Positions 10,975 through 23,201 of a stretch of 64,000 bases of DNA are shown here, piece after piece. A program made the position numbers and the translations under genes. Source of the stretch: Eukaryota sp. TZLM1-RC (Eukaryota > Protista > Metamonada: BaSk clade); assembly GCA_040285825.1 (NCBI GenBank), contig JAUPSS010000006.1, positions 1,178,001 to 1,242,000 of the forward strand, read 5' to 3'. Under the pieces are notes generated by a model, which was not told the DNA's origin, ran no database searches, and saw nothing but the letters and a program-made list of their open reading frames with translations. How positions within the stretch are numbered: the first letter of the stretch is position 1; every line of letters starts with the position of its first letter.

Positions 10975-13500
10975 TGGAAAATACACAGATTTGCTCTGAA
11001 AAATACATAAATACAGCATAGAAACATTCGATTATTTATATAAATCTTTTTTTTTATTTAATTTATTTTTATTCAACAACAAATATGAAATACACAATTA
11101 AAACTCCACATCCTCAAAACCTGCCTCCCCTACATCAAAACAATTAATCGCCAAAGATTCAGAAAATTTCCCAAAAGAAGATAGTGAATCAGAAATTAGT
11201 GTTACCATTCCCTTAAAAATAGAAAATACAATCCTGTTTTGCCAGTAAACACGATTGAAAATTCTTCCAGTTCTTTCCTTTACAACTACAACAAAATCCT
11301 CAAGGAAAGCCATAGCAGCCTTACCTAGAGATCCAAGTAAAGAAAAAACAAATGGACATAAATTATATTGGGCATGAGAATTTTCATTAACCGAGGAAAT
11401 GGGTTTCGCATATTTAGCAATTTTATATTTTTCGCCTGCAAGAAGAGGATTATTTACATCCGAGTTAATGAAATGTTCGTTAGAGGAATTACAAGGGTCA
11501 ATAGACATGGCGTCCAAAATAGTAAAACTACCATTTAAACCAGGAACAACTAGATCACCTCTAGTCAGACCCATAGAAGCTCTGTTGTAACGCGTACTAT
11601 CAATATTGGGATCATCAAGAATTAATTTTGATAACAGCGGTTCTAAAAAGGAATCTACACGATATGATTTGCACATTACATAAATTTGGTCCCTGACGTT
11701 ATTATGCACTTTGCTTCTAAACGTAATGAAATGTTTACAGTTCAAAAGATGAGTAAACAAAAGAGGTTTACCACATTTACAAGTTAAATGATTGGGCAAA
11801 TTGTTTGGCCACAGAAAACAACGAAAACGCATGTTTAGAAGCCATTCATTGTCTTTTAACAAAAGTCCATAAACAGAGGGAACTTGAGTTACTAAAGCAG
11901 CAGCTGAACTATCACGAATATCCTTTAAAAAAATTACCGAAAGCGGGATTTTTAGTTTTGGCCAAGCCAAGTCTTACTTCATAATCCAAGCCTTCATATA
12001 ATTTAACCAGATGGTGCTGAAGCTTTTTCAAGCAAAAACGTAAATTTGGAAGTGATCGAGTGGGAATTTCTTGAACATTTTGAGGAAAACACTGAATCCA
12101 GATATCACTAGGCAAATTTTCTAATTCAAATTGCAGTTGATTCAAGTAAAAATTTGATTCACCATTGATCAGATGAACATCAAAAGGGAACCTTTGGAAA
12201 ATTCAAAACAAAATTTTTACCACCTCCCAAAAATGCTGCTTTACACAGAATCGAAGATTTGGTGAATCCAATTCCACCCAAATCTGCTGAACAAAATACA
12301 TGACTTCGAATTAAAGATTCATTTACTTCTAATAAAGAAGAAAAAAATTTGACTCGAAGTTTGTTAAAAAGATCTGCAAAAATTGAGAGATACCGAAGGG
12401 GAGTTGACCTTAAAATATGAGTGAATTTTTCCAGAATAACAAATTTTAAAATAAAAAATTTGATGTGTTTCTCAATGTCACATTCAGCAATAAAACTAAG
12501 ATCCTTGTCAAACTTCTCCAATAAAGTGTTTAACTGGGAATAAATTTCATCCAAATTGCCAAGCCAACATCCAAGAAACTTAAAAGCTTGTTGGTCATAA
12601 TTGATAAAAGGAATTTGAGCTCCACCAATCATCAAAGATTGTTTTTCTCTACCAATCAAGAGACATTTAGATGGGTTCAAAGCTAAACCAATTTCTTTGT
12701 ATTTCGCCGCAATGTTTTCAGAAACCCTAGAAATGCTTTCAAAAGAACCAATAATAGAAATGTCATCCATATAGGCAACAATACGCAAATCAGGGAAATC
12801 TTGTTGTGTCATTTTAATGATATTATGAATAGCCAAACAAAACAGCAAAGGGCCAAGAGGATCACCTTGTTTCACACCAGAAGAAGATTCAAGGGTAAAG
12901 GAGTGAAAAATTAAGTCTGATTTTTTTCCATAAAATAAATAAAAATATGCAGAAAGTTCAGGAAAATCATGAAGAAGCACATCAAAAATACAATTACGTT
13001 TCACAGAATTGAAAGCATTTTTGAAATCCAAATTGAAAATATATTGATGTTGTTGACTATTAAAAAAAACATCTGAAGTCATTGAAGCAACAGAAGCACC
13101 TTCAACAGTTTTTATACCAAATTGGAAAGGCTTCAAATAGTCCCTTGCTTTAGTAGAAATTCTGTTAAAAATAAGCGAAGAAAGCAATCTGGTTAATGAC
13201 TCTCCAATGGCAATTGGTCTAACTCCATCAGGTTTGTCACCTTTACCAGGTTTATATAAATCTCAACAATAAATGTCAAACCAACATATTCAATTAATTG
13301 AAGAAACACCCCTAAAGCTACAAAATCAAGAAACAACTATCAAACATGAGTGGGTGTGCACTCCCTTCATTGATTTGAAAAAGCATTCAACTTGTTACAT
13401 TTTGGTGTTGTTTAAAACTACCATGTCCCACAGGGGATGGGTGACTCTCAAAGCAAAGCCATCAAGAAGAAACTTAGCAGGGGAAAAGGAATACGTATTA
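10975..13500 (+). repeat. Unclassified dispersed repeat (10975-11047 + 13251-13500) split by a family B insertion; uninterrupted copy at 54781-55097
   Basis: TGGAAAATACACAGATTTGCTCTGAAAAATAC and ATGAGTGGGTGTGC..CCTTCATTGATTTGAAAAA are contiguous at 54781-55097 but separated here by the insertion. Confidence 0.8.
11048..13250 (-). mobile_element. 5'-truncated CRE-like non-LTR retrotransposon family B (RT + RLE), poly(A) tail, 13-bp TSD TTTATATAAATCT (11035-11047 / 13251-13263)
   Basis: GVRPIAIGE, LDFKNAFN, GVKQGDPLGPLLF, AYMDD; CKCG..HLLNC zinc finger; RGDL..D..KxxKY nuclease motif; T-run at about 11047-11055; TSD read directly. Confidence 0.93.
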
Positions 13501-13890
13501 AAACTGTCGGAAGTAAAAATACAAAAAGAATAGACCAAAAATACATTTATTTGTATTGGTAATTTCCAAAAACATTTTCCACTATTAAAAGTGTTGATTA
13601 CTCCAAGTTTTATTGAACTACAACACTTTATAAAATTAAATAAGAAAAGGGACTTAATTAATGAACCAAGATATCCTCTACCAAATACTAATCTGCATGT
13701 TTTCTCGCCATTGTTTGATGCAAGTTTGTTGTTTCTGATGAGTGAAAGCTATTTTATGCTTAACTTCAAAACTTTATGTTAATTAAAAAGTTTGGTATTT
13801 AGTCGTCAACCAATATCTCAAATTACTCAGAAAACTTAAAACATAAAAATGCCAAATTAAAATCAAAAAAGAAAATTAAAACTAAAAAAC

Positions 13891-15249
13891 TCATTCAAAA
13901 TCAGTCTGCAAGGGCAATTTTTTCAAGTTATTAATAATCTTATCTTTAATCATATCCAAATACTCCCTACTATTTAGATTGACTTCACTAGCACAAGGTT
14001 CTATTTGCAACATGTAATGTGGTTCGTACTCGCCAAACCTCTCATGTTCAGGTATATCTACTGGTAATGGAGCCGAATCAGTAGCTAATGCCAGTATTTG
14101 AGTCCATAACCTGGCAGCATTGGGGTTTGAATAACCACCTCCCCCAAGCGCCATAACATGCACAGGAAGTCTAATCGCAAAATCAATGCATCTAGCCAAA
14201 CCATAAACTGATAAGGAAAACGTACCAATAGGATCTTTTGTTAGAGTGTCAGTACCACATTGAATAACCACAACCCCAGGTTTGAATCGTTCAAAAGCTT
14301 GGGTAACAACATTTGTGTAAATGTACCAGTACGCTTCATCATCCATTCCATCATGCAAAGGAACGTTAACAGAGGTGTACCTTCCCAAACCACTTCCAAT
14401 GTCTTTTAAAGAACCTGTTTCAGGATAAAATCCCTTCCCGAATTTATGTAGAGAGATGGTCATGACCTGTGGATCGTCATCAAAACTCTCCTCAACTCCA
14501 TCCCCATGGTGTACATCTACGTCAATGTACATTATCCGTTTGAATTTCTTTTTAAGTTCATTTATACCAAGCGGAATATCACCTACAAAACAGTAACCAC
14601 CCGCAGTGTCCATTTTGGCATGGTGCCGGCCCCCTGAAAAGTTAAAGACGACTCTGGAGATATCAGCATTTAAGACTCTAGCAGCAGTCAATGTTGCTCC
14701 TGCTACCCAAGATGCATGTTCGTAGAGGCCTGGGAAAGGAGCACAATCGGGTTCAACAAGACCATAAGCAGCAAGTGTGTCGGGAGACAGACGTGATCCT
14801 GTGGTGGTTTCCAGAGAGTAATATCTTAGAGCATTCACATATTCCCGAGTATGGTATTCCATGAGTTCTTGGTGTGTTGCTGGTTTTGGAGATATCATGG
14901 TTACTTTTTCAAGAAGGCCATAGTGGGTGGCGAGGTCCCAAAAGAAGCGAAGCCTGTCTTTGTTGACAACTGGATTGTCTCCATGTTTTAAAAGTTCAGA
15001 ATTGCAAACAAAACAGATTTGTTCCGAGGCGACAAGTTCTTTTTCATGTATATCGAGAGACGGACGTATTTTAGATTTTCGGGAAGAAGTTATACCAGAG
15101 TGAGTTCTTTTGAGAGATACATTTCCAATAAGAGAAGATCCTATAGATGGAAGAGCGAAGGAGGTCATTCTCACAGATATTTTCTGTAAAAATGAATAAA
15201 GTGTCCTGATTGAGGGATTGAGAAGTGGAAGATTTCCACCATTAAACAT
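13891..15249 (-). CDS. Class I histone deacetylase (HDAC8-like); true start possibly the Met at ~15168
   Basis: GGRHHA, GYC, YIDVDVHHGDGVE, SLHKFGKGFYPETG, QCGTD, GGGGY motifs. Confidence 0.93.
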   Translation of the reverse strand: MFNGGNLPLLNPSIRTLYSFLQKISVRMTSFALPSIGSSLIGNVSLKRTHSGITSSRKSKIRPSLDIHEKELVASEQICFVCNSELLKHGDNPVVNKDRLRFFWDLATHYGLLEKVTMISPKPATHQELMEYHTREYVNALRYYSLETTTGSRLSPDTLAAYGLVEPDCAPFPGLYEHASWVAGATLTAARVLNADISRVVFNFSGGRHHAKMDTAGGYCFVGDIPLGINELKKKFKRIMYIDVDVHHGDGVEESFDDDPQVMTISLHKFGKGFYPETGSLKDIGSGLGRYTSVNVPLHDGMDDEAYWYIYTNVVTQAFERFKPGVVVIQCGTDTLTKDPIGTFSLSVYGLARCIDFAIRLPVHVMALGGGGYSNPNAARLWTQILALATDSAPLPVDIPEHERFGEYEPHYMLQIEPCASEVNLNSREYLDMIKDKIINNLKKLPLQTDFE

Positions 15250-16349
15250 GAACCTACATCAACCTTGATTCTCTGCAGGTATACTGATCTGTCTTCACCA
15301 TCCATAGCTACTACCATCAGATTCAACATCTTCAACTATGCATTTCGATCCCTATTCCACAAACTCTCGTATGATTTACACATGGTAAGACCTCGATGAA
15401 TAGATATCTCCTACCCTTTCTTTAACCTTGGATTTCTCCAGTTTTCGAACATCTCATCTGTTTTTTCTGCTTTCTTATAATTGGAACCACAACAACAGGT
15501 TCGACACTCATCAATAAAAAAGACTTTTCAACCGGCCTCTTTTAACTGAAACTCTCAAACCTTTTACTTTTTTAGCTTTCTTGAATTTCATATATTCTCG
15601 TTGTTCTCAACATCATAGAATTGATGGTGCTTTAGGGATTACTTTGGATGTCCTTATTTTTAAATAACACCTGTCAATTTTGCTGGATTAATTTGTTTAT
15701 AATTTGTTGATACTTCCCAAACACAACGGAATTATTATTTCCCCAATTTCAAAAAGTTCCTTTCAATTAGCCAAGTCAAACAGCAATTGACATGGGTTAC
15801 ATTTTTATTTCACTGTCAGGAGAGTAATAAATAAAGTCATTTTTTAGTTTCTTTATATAAAGTGTTTTTGACCTGCTATTTTGGGTTGATATTAATCCAT
15901 TAAACGTGTTAGGGGAATTTTAATAATCAAGAATTCATTGAAGAACGAATACCCAAATGAAGTACAAGATGATTGATAATTGCTTGCTTTAGGTATATTA
16001 TCAAACCCTAATGAAGCAGGCTATTTGGTTATTTGTCCACGGTAAGATCCTATGCATTACTAAAGCTGATTCTGTTGCAGCAAAAGCCAAGACTCAGATG
16101 TTTGGGGATAAATGTTATCGAAAATACATAAATAAAGTGACGCTTGTTTCTAAAATGCTAACAATTGGTTGATGGTGATAATAAGACACTTCTAAGTGGG
16201 TATTTAGTCATGATTATCCTTCGTTATCTGTGCTGGTAACCAGAACGCTACTGTTGTTGGGCCATTGACGCCATGGAATATTAGGAATATAATCGAAAAC
16301 TTCGTTGTTTGATGATTCATAGATTTATGTCGGCCGACCTAGTTGTGGA

Positions 16350-16819
16350 AATGCTGTAGATTCCCTAATTGCCATTTGCCTGCTTCAACTGTACATACTA
16401 TCTTGACCACTTTGCGATGTCTTACATGTTCCAAGATGCCACACGTAGCTACAACTCACAGGAGCTCTATCGAGAACGTGACATAAGACGTTTGCAAGAA
16501 CTTGGTATGTAATCTTTGCTCTTTCATCTCAGACTCAATGTTACTTCAAAACCTAGATTCCACCATTCAAACATGCTGGACCGCTGTGGGTGAACTTGAA
16601 AAGAAGGTTGCAGATCTACTGCTCACAAAACATGATTCATCATCAACACAGAGCCAACTTCTGAGCCAAGTACAAAGCCAGGTGAATACTCAATCGAGTA
16701 CGTGCTGTTCAAATGAAGAGTCCACGTCAACAAGAGATCAGGTTGTCGAGAAGCAGGAGCTCATGATTACCATGCTGGTAATGGCATTGCAAGTTGCTTC
16801 GTTGAACTCAATAGTTTGA
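16350..16819 (+). pseudogene. Degenerate RING-like / coiled-coil gene with a putative 28-nt intron (16505-16532)
   Basis: Cys-rich remnants across frames (CRFPNCH, FACFNC, PRCH). Removing GTATGT...CTCAG joins ...RRLQEL to DSMLLQNLD in frame. Confidence 0.4.
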
Positions 16820-17424
16820 GTGTACAATAATGGTCCAATTTTAATGTTTGTTTGTGAATGTATTTGGTCTTGTGTAATTTTTTGCAAGCCTTCATTGATT
16901 TCAATGTTCTTATTTTATAAAATTAGTTAAGCTGTCTGAAGTGAAATTGTAAATGTTGAGAATAAGTGCCTGAGAATAGCCACTATTGATACAACCATTG
17001 ATGAATCATCAGTATGCATAAACTGAATAGTTCATATGATAATCCAGTCAGTGATTGAAGCAAAGTTGAATGTTTGAGTTTGATGGCTAATCCCAGTCAA
17101 TTTGGTGGAAATTTCATCACTGTCGGTGCATGAATTCTGAACGATATTGAATATCAGAGAACGTGAGTCCTTCACACAGTGATGGGATACGTGGCTCGAA
17201 TGTGATACATTCATATACTCTAATCATTTTAATAAAAGCCAACGAGATTGACATACGCTGAGACTTCTGAAATTGCAGTTGGACCGAATTATTAATTTTC
17301 TAAACCATACTTTTTAATCACAAGACATTACTATTTGTGATCAGAAACTGGTTGGAAAATTAATCAAATAACCAATTACAATATTAAAAATAGACCTTCT
17401 GTTGGAATCAATCTGTAAATGCCG

Positions 17425-17530
17425 TTTCCTACGATCCTTATGAAGGAACTGGCAGACGTCAGCGATTGGGAGCAATTCAGCGGGAATAGAAACGGAATTA
17501 TCATTAACACCATCAGAGCCAGAGTAATCA
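17425..17530 (-). mobile_element. Small Ty3/Gypsy RT relic
   Basis: PRLTGDYSGSDGVNDNSVSIPAELLPIADVCQFL vs PRLTGDYSGKDGVNANTIPVEPNLPRISDVLVFL in the intact element. Confidence 0.75.
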
Positions 17531-17769
17531 CCAGTTAATCTTGGGGCCAGAACAGTACATAATAATGTCAAAAAAACAAATTTATGTAAAGTGTAAATCA
17601 TATTGAGTAGATTCCTATTTAGAACTTTGGATATCAAAATCAATTCTCTTTGACTCCAATATTGATAGTACGCGCTACAACAGGGGGTCCATGGGTCTGA
17701 CAAAAGGTGATCTGGTTGTTCTCGACTAAAAAGGTGGTTTTACTATTTTAGACGCCATGATCAAACATT

Positions 17770-17990
17770 GATGCAAGAAAAAACTATGAAAAGATTTGAT
17801 ATCTTTTTATGGCCTACTGAATTTAATTGCCATTTTTAAGAGATTGCCTCAGTGTTTCAATCAAATAAGAGAAGCTTTACCTAGACATCAAACGGATCAT
17901 AATTTTGTAAAGGAAATCCTGGTTCAATGAATTTCGTCCCATTAGTTATGAGTTTATTATGTTAAGTGTGCAAGTTCAATAAATAATGTG
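17770..17990 (+). mobile_element. Short degenerate 3' fragment of non-LTR family A
   Basis: Matches the family A ORF end and 3' UTR (GTCCCATTAGTTATGA...AAGTGTGCAAGTTCAATAAA). Confidence 0.85.
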
Positions 17991-18090
17991 TTTTAATAAA
18001 AAATCATCGTCCAGCAAATTCACAGGTTGTACTGCTTAGTATTAATTTCACCACACTGACTATTACTCAACTCTAGGGTGCTATTAGCCG

Positions 18091-19146
18091 ATGTCTTCAT
18101 CATCCTCAGACTTTTTTGATTCAGATTCAGATTCAGATTCATATGATGCTTTTGAAGTTGATGGACTCAAACTTTCAGCAAATTGGCTCTACCTTCATTC
18201 TGATTCGCCTCCTGGTCACTATGATATTCATCACCGTGGTCGTGGTGTTCAGTTCTCCTATGCTCAATCACTAAGCCCTGTGGATCGAGGTAGACCATAT
18301 AACTATTATGAGTTGGAAGTTATAGATGTCCCTCGTGATGGTCCTGATGGCTACGCAGCAGCCATTGGTCTAGTTCCTGAGCGGTATTCTTCAATACGTC
18401 TTCCTGGGTGGTCATCAAACTCCATCGCATATCATGGTGATGATGGCAAGGTTTTTATCAACAGCGGTCAGGGAGAGAGCCACGGATTTCCTTCTGCGAG
18501 ACCTGGGGATTCCATAGGGCTTTTACTTTACCAAAACAACGTGTATTTTTCTCACAATGGGAGGTTATTTAACCATGTTTCTTTCAACTGTTCATTACCC
18601 ACTTGCTATGCGGCCGCTGGACTCTCTGATGCTGGTGAACGTGTTATCTTCAAGACTAGCCCTCCATTTCGTTGTTCTCATGCCTCCATTCTTAGCTTCA
18701 TCACGCAGCTACCTGGTGGCTCTCTCCTACTTGGTCCAAATGAAGAACTTGAGGACCATTACGCACACGTGTTACAGAAAACACAACTTGATGAATTCAA
18801 GTGCATTATCTGCTTTTCAGTTGTTTCAAATGCTGTAGAGACCAATTGTTGTCACCAGCTGATCTGTGAAGCATGCTCTCGTCTGTCTTCATGTCCGCAT
18901 TGTCGTCACAAAAGGTTTCAATGTAGACCAAACTATCCAATAAGAAGAATGGTTGATGGGTTTGAGGTTATTTGCAGGCATTGTGAGGAACATGCTGTTT
19001 TGGGAGAGTTTCGTGGTCATTACACCCAATGCAAGAGTAGGCTATTGAAGTGTAAGGTATGCCAAGAAGGAGTATCAAGAGAAGAAGTCATTGATCACTT
19101 GGTTGGCAAACATGAAGATGATTTGGCTTGTTTATTTTTCAATTAG
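18091..19146 (+). CDS. SPRY domain - RING finger - zinc finger protein (putative E3 ligase)
   Basis: YYELEV, AIGLV, LPGWSSNSIAYHGDDG (RanBP9/10-type SPRY); CIICFSV...CCHQLICEAC...CPHCR RING; CxxC..H..C and CxxC..H...H fingers. Confidence 0.88.
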   Translation: MSSSSSDFFDSDSDSDSYDAFEVDGLKLSANWLYLHSDSPPGHYDIHHRGRGVQFSYAQSLSPVDRGRPYNYYELEVIDVPRDGPDGYAAAIGLVPERYSSIRLPGWSSNSIAYHGDDGKVFINSGQGESHGFPSARPGDSIGLLLYQNNVYFSHNGRLFNHVSFNCSLPTCYAAAGLSDAGERVIFKTSPPFRCSHASILSFITQLPGGSLLLGPNEELEDHYAHVLQKTQLDEFKCIICFSVVSNAVETNCCHQLICEACSRLSSCPHCRHKRFQCRPNYPIRRMVDGFEVICRHCEEHAVLGEFRGHYTQCKSRLLKCKVCQEGVSREEVIDHLVGKHEDDLACLFFN

Positions 19147-19667
19147 GTTTAAAATCATTTTGTTGATTCTTCTCTGTTGAAGGTTGATGTTTTAATGATG
19201 TTTGTATGGTTTTTTTGTTATTGCCAGCTTTCATTTTCTATTTGGTTTTGATTCTCCCATAGCCTGATCACAAGCTGATTCTAGTATATCCAAGCAGTAG
19301 TGACTTGGGGTTTGGGTTTTGCAGTATGTTTAGTGGTTTATTTATTAATGTTATTATTGCTAGTGGTACATGATTAAATGTCTTTGTTATTTTAGATAAA
19401 CAAATAATAATTTGTTAAAAGATTTTTCTATGGTAGTGAATTCTCAGAAAATATTATTTAATAATCCAGGATTATACAGTTTTCCATGGCTAAGAGTGAT
19501 AACAACACTTTTAAAATTGGTTTAATTATATACAACATTGATTTATTTTCAACGAAAAACTAATCAACAAATTTTGAATTCTACATCTAATTACCCCAAA
19601 TCTGCAAAAAACAATTCACTGGAAAAGTTGTTTTAGTTTGGTTTATAGCAGGAATATTTTGCCTCTT

Positions 19668-19823
19668 TGTTAGCCTTGGATAATATTTATAATAGTTTAT
19701 TTATAGTTTACTAATAGTATTTGTATTTATTGCGCCTATGCGCTTAAGTTTAGGGAAATCCTTATTTCCCTGTAATAAATTACATTTAAGGTATACTCAA
19801 TGTCTAACCCCCACAGATCATCA
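19668..19823 (+). repeat. 5' LTR (156 bp); contains the AGGGAAAT-CCTT-ATTTCCCT hairpin followed by AATAAA
   Basis: Identical to 26889-27044 by direct comparison. Confidence 0.96.
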
Positions 19824-22800
19824 ATACGTATTGGATCACCTTTGGGTGGTTCCAATGACAACTCCGAGACTGTTAGGACTGATCCTCCTACGTCTCACTC
19901 TTCGAGTTCTTCCTCCCGAACTCCTCAGTCGGGACCAGAACAACCCTTGTCAACTGGGCCCGAGGGAAGCAATGCTTCTCCTCCTCCTGTGTTAACTCCT
20001 CCTCCGGAGATCCTGTTACACAACCCAATGTTACAAGTTCTTCCTCCCAAACTCCTCAGTTGGGAACAGAACAACCCTCTGGCGGCGAGAGAAGTGATAC
20101 TTTCTCTCAACCCTCGGGTCAAGGTTCCACTCCATCTACGGATGACGTTCCTGTGGTTCCTATCAGTCTTCCTGTTCCTCCCTCTAATGTGGAAAACTTT
20201 GTACCTCTTTCTCCTCCCCCTGGTTCTGAAGGAGAGGTTGAAGATTCCCTTTTAGGTCCTGAACAGTTCAGTACTTTAGATGAATATCTGAAGTATGTTA
20301 TCAACCAGACTGACCCTGACTCGGCTAGCAACAAGATATCTGAGCTGTTGAAGCTCAAGAGGGTAGAGCCTCCCTCTTCACCTATTGTTTGCGCTCCTGT
20401 TGCCCCTTCCACTTCTTCTACGGAAGCTCCTGGGGAAGGACAACAAGTTCTTTCTACTTCTTCTACGGAAGCTCCTGGGGAAGGACAACAAGCTCCTTCC
20501 ATTCCTTCTAGAGAAGTACCTATGGAAAGCAGCCCTCCACAACAACCAGCTCCTCCTGCAGTCCCTGCTGGTAGCCCAAATCCTACTACTCCTTCTCAAG
20601 AAGTTCCTGTAGCAGGCCTTCCTGATACTTCTGCTCCTACTACGGTAGCTCCTACAGAAGTCCATTCAACTCCATCTGTTCCTCCTTCGGGAGTTTCTAC
20701 TAGAGGAGTAATTCATGTCCCTGCAACCTCTGGCCAGACTCCTCAGCAAGGTCACGTTGTTTCTTCTATTCCTGCTGCTTGGCAGGTGCTTAGTGCTGCA
20801 CAGCCTAACACTTATCAAGCCCCAAGCCAGCCCCAGGAATCAGATTCTCCTTTCATCTCTACCCAACAGAGAACTGAAGCTCAAAACTTAGTTCTCAATG
20901 CTGGTATTGAGTTAATGCTAGGAGATCCTGCATCGATTCCTCCCAATGAACTCATTGCTGCTTTACCCCCATTTTGGGGTCCAGAAGTGGTTAATGATCA
21001 CGGCTTTAGGATCCGCAGAAGAATAGGTCCCTACTTCCCAACGGAAGAAGTAGACAATCTTACGGTTCGTTGTGACCCTCCTCCAATTTATCCTCAACGG
21101 GATACTGTTGGAGGGTTCAGAACTCCTCGTGAAGGTGTACAGAGGATCTTCGCTGGTGATGAGCTGAATCTCTTCCTCAACCGATGTAACCCATGTCCTT
21201 TCCCCAGGTTTAGCCCTGGATACAATGCCTCTCTTGATATTTATATCAATAGAGACTTCAGGACTGGATGGTGGTACACTTACACTACGAACTACCAAAG
21301 ATTGTACCTTCAAGACCGCAGACCAGACCATTGCGCGTCATATTTTGGTCCAGAACATAGAAGGAATAGGCCACTAAGGGACGCCCTGATGAATGTACAG
21401 GAGAACATTGGTGTCACCAATTCTAGTTCTCTTCTGTGGGTCAATGTTGATGGTAATGTGCAAAGTTACTATCCGAGCGATCATGACCCAGTAGAATTGA
21501 GAACTTCTGAGCCTGACCCAGTTGAGACAGACACAGTTTTTCTCATCTTTGAGCATTGAGCCTCAAGATGACCAACAACAAGATGAGCCAATGGCGACTA
21601 CTGACACTGTTGAGTCAGTGCAACAATCTGTAGTTGTCCAATCTCAGGATCCATCAACTCCTTCCCAGGTTCCTCAGGACCCTAGGCTCCTAGGAGTAAC
21701 TCCTTCTAACACTCCCATAGCTCCCCAGTATTCCAACACCCTACTGATGGAAGCTATGGCGAGTTCACAAGATAGAGATAGAGATAGACAAAGAGGTGGT
21801 CGTCCTAGAAAACCCACCCTGGAAGCCAACGATATCTCTGACCCAGTAAGGATCTTGAAATTCATCGACAGATTTATTCTGTATGCTAGGACTGAGAGGA
21901 CCATTGAAGAGAGAGACATCAATGAATCTGATCCTACTCAAGTCAGACTAGCAAGAGAAGTGTCTGAATTAAGAAGGCAACTTGAGGAACGTTCTCGTCC
22001 TCCTGCCACTCCTCAATCCATAAGCAGAGAAAACCGGAACCTCCCTCTCGATCAGAGATATGGTAACCCCCTCCACGAGTGGGACCGATTCAGAGCTGCT
22101 GCTCAAGTCGACCCTCGCAGGATCGCCTCCTGTGTTACTCCAGAATGCTTGGCCGCTCTGAGAGCTCAAGGCAGGTTTTCGTCCATGTCTGATAGTATCT
22201 CAGCTATCGACAACATCAATGAGGAGCAAATATGGGAATCGATTTTACACCTCAGCCAGTATAGTACATTAGAAACGGCGAGGAATCAGTTATATAGAGT
22301 CCAGATGAATTGGAATATTCAGGACTTTAGGAATCGCTGGGGCGACTTCACAGTGAGGCTAATGAGAACGGTTTCACGAAGTACTGCCATTTCTGACGTC
22401 AGGGCAAGCGACCGTGCCTTGTATGGTCAACACTTTCTACAGCGTATTCAAAACTGGGAAATTGCAACCCATATGATCGATTCTGTTGGTATTCAGGCCA
22501 TCAGTGACAACCTGAGAACAGTATGGTCCACACCCAATGTTTGGCAACATCATACTTTACAACAATTTGTCGACATCCTTGCTGCTGAATACATGAGTTG
22601 GTGTTCAGCAAGATCCTATGACGAGCAAAGGGCCAACATCAGTGACAGCTATCAACAACATATGGGTCACTACGTTAGAGCAAACCCAAAGGACAAGAAA
22701 AGAATAGGCAAATTTAAGCCTGCGGGTTCCAGCGTCGCCCCTGCTCAACTTACCAAAAGGAGCAAGTCGCAAATTAAGAAAGAAAGAGATAAAGCTGGTC

Positions 22801-23201
22801 TCTGTAGATTCTGTGGTCTTCCAGGCCACTCCATTAACGAATGTCCCGACCCTGATTGCCAGCGATCCAAGCAATGGCGAGAAGCCAACCCAGATGCCGT
22901 TCGAGCATATTTGGCTAGGGGTAGTAGTAATAGTAGTAGTAGAGGCAGAGGTAGACGTAGAGGAAGAGGCAAGGGCCCTTCTAGTAGTAATAAACGTTCC
23001 CATAAATATTCTATGTTTACTATAGAGCAAGATAGCTCTCCAACAGGTAATACATCAAAGCAACGTTCAAACAAATGTTCCTTGTTTACTATAGAGCAAG
23101 ACAGCTCTCCAGCACGTAAAACACCAAACATAAAACAAACCTCAGTCTCCAACCAGTGGATTAAGTGCTTAACTAATCCTTTGACTACCCAGAATTTTTA
23201 A
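19800..23201 (+). CDS. gag: Extended Gag, probably one ~1130-aa ORF (split at ~20005 and ~21540): P/S/T-rich N-terminus, unknown folded domain, gag core, CCHC knuckle
   Basis: ORFs 19800, 20060 and 21522 overlap and join after single-base changes in runs; CRFCGLPGHSINEC knuckle; internal 45-bp and ~70-bp-period repeats. Confidence 0.7.

Noticed and set aside
19831-19842. TTGGATCACCT resembling the 16S rRNA 3' end
   Set aside because: Short, same-sense match with no other rRNA sequence; treated as coincidence.
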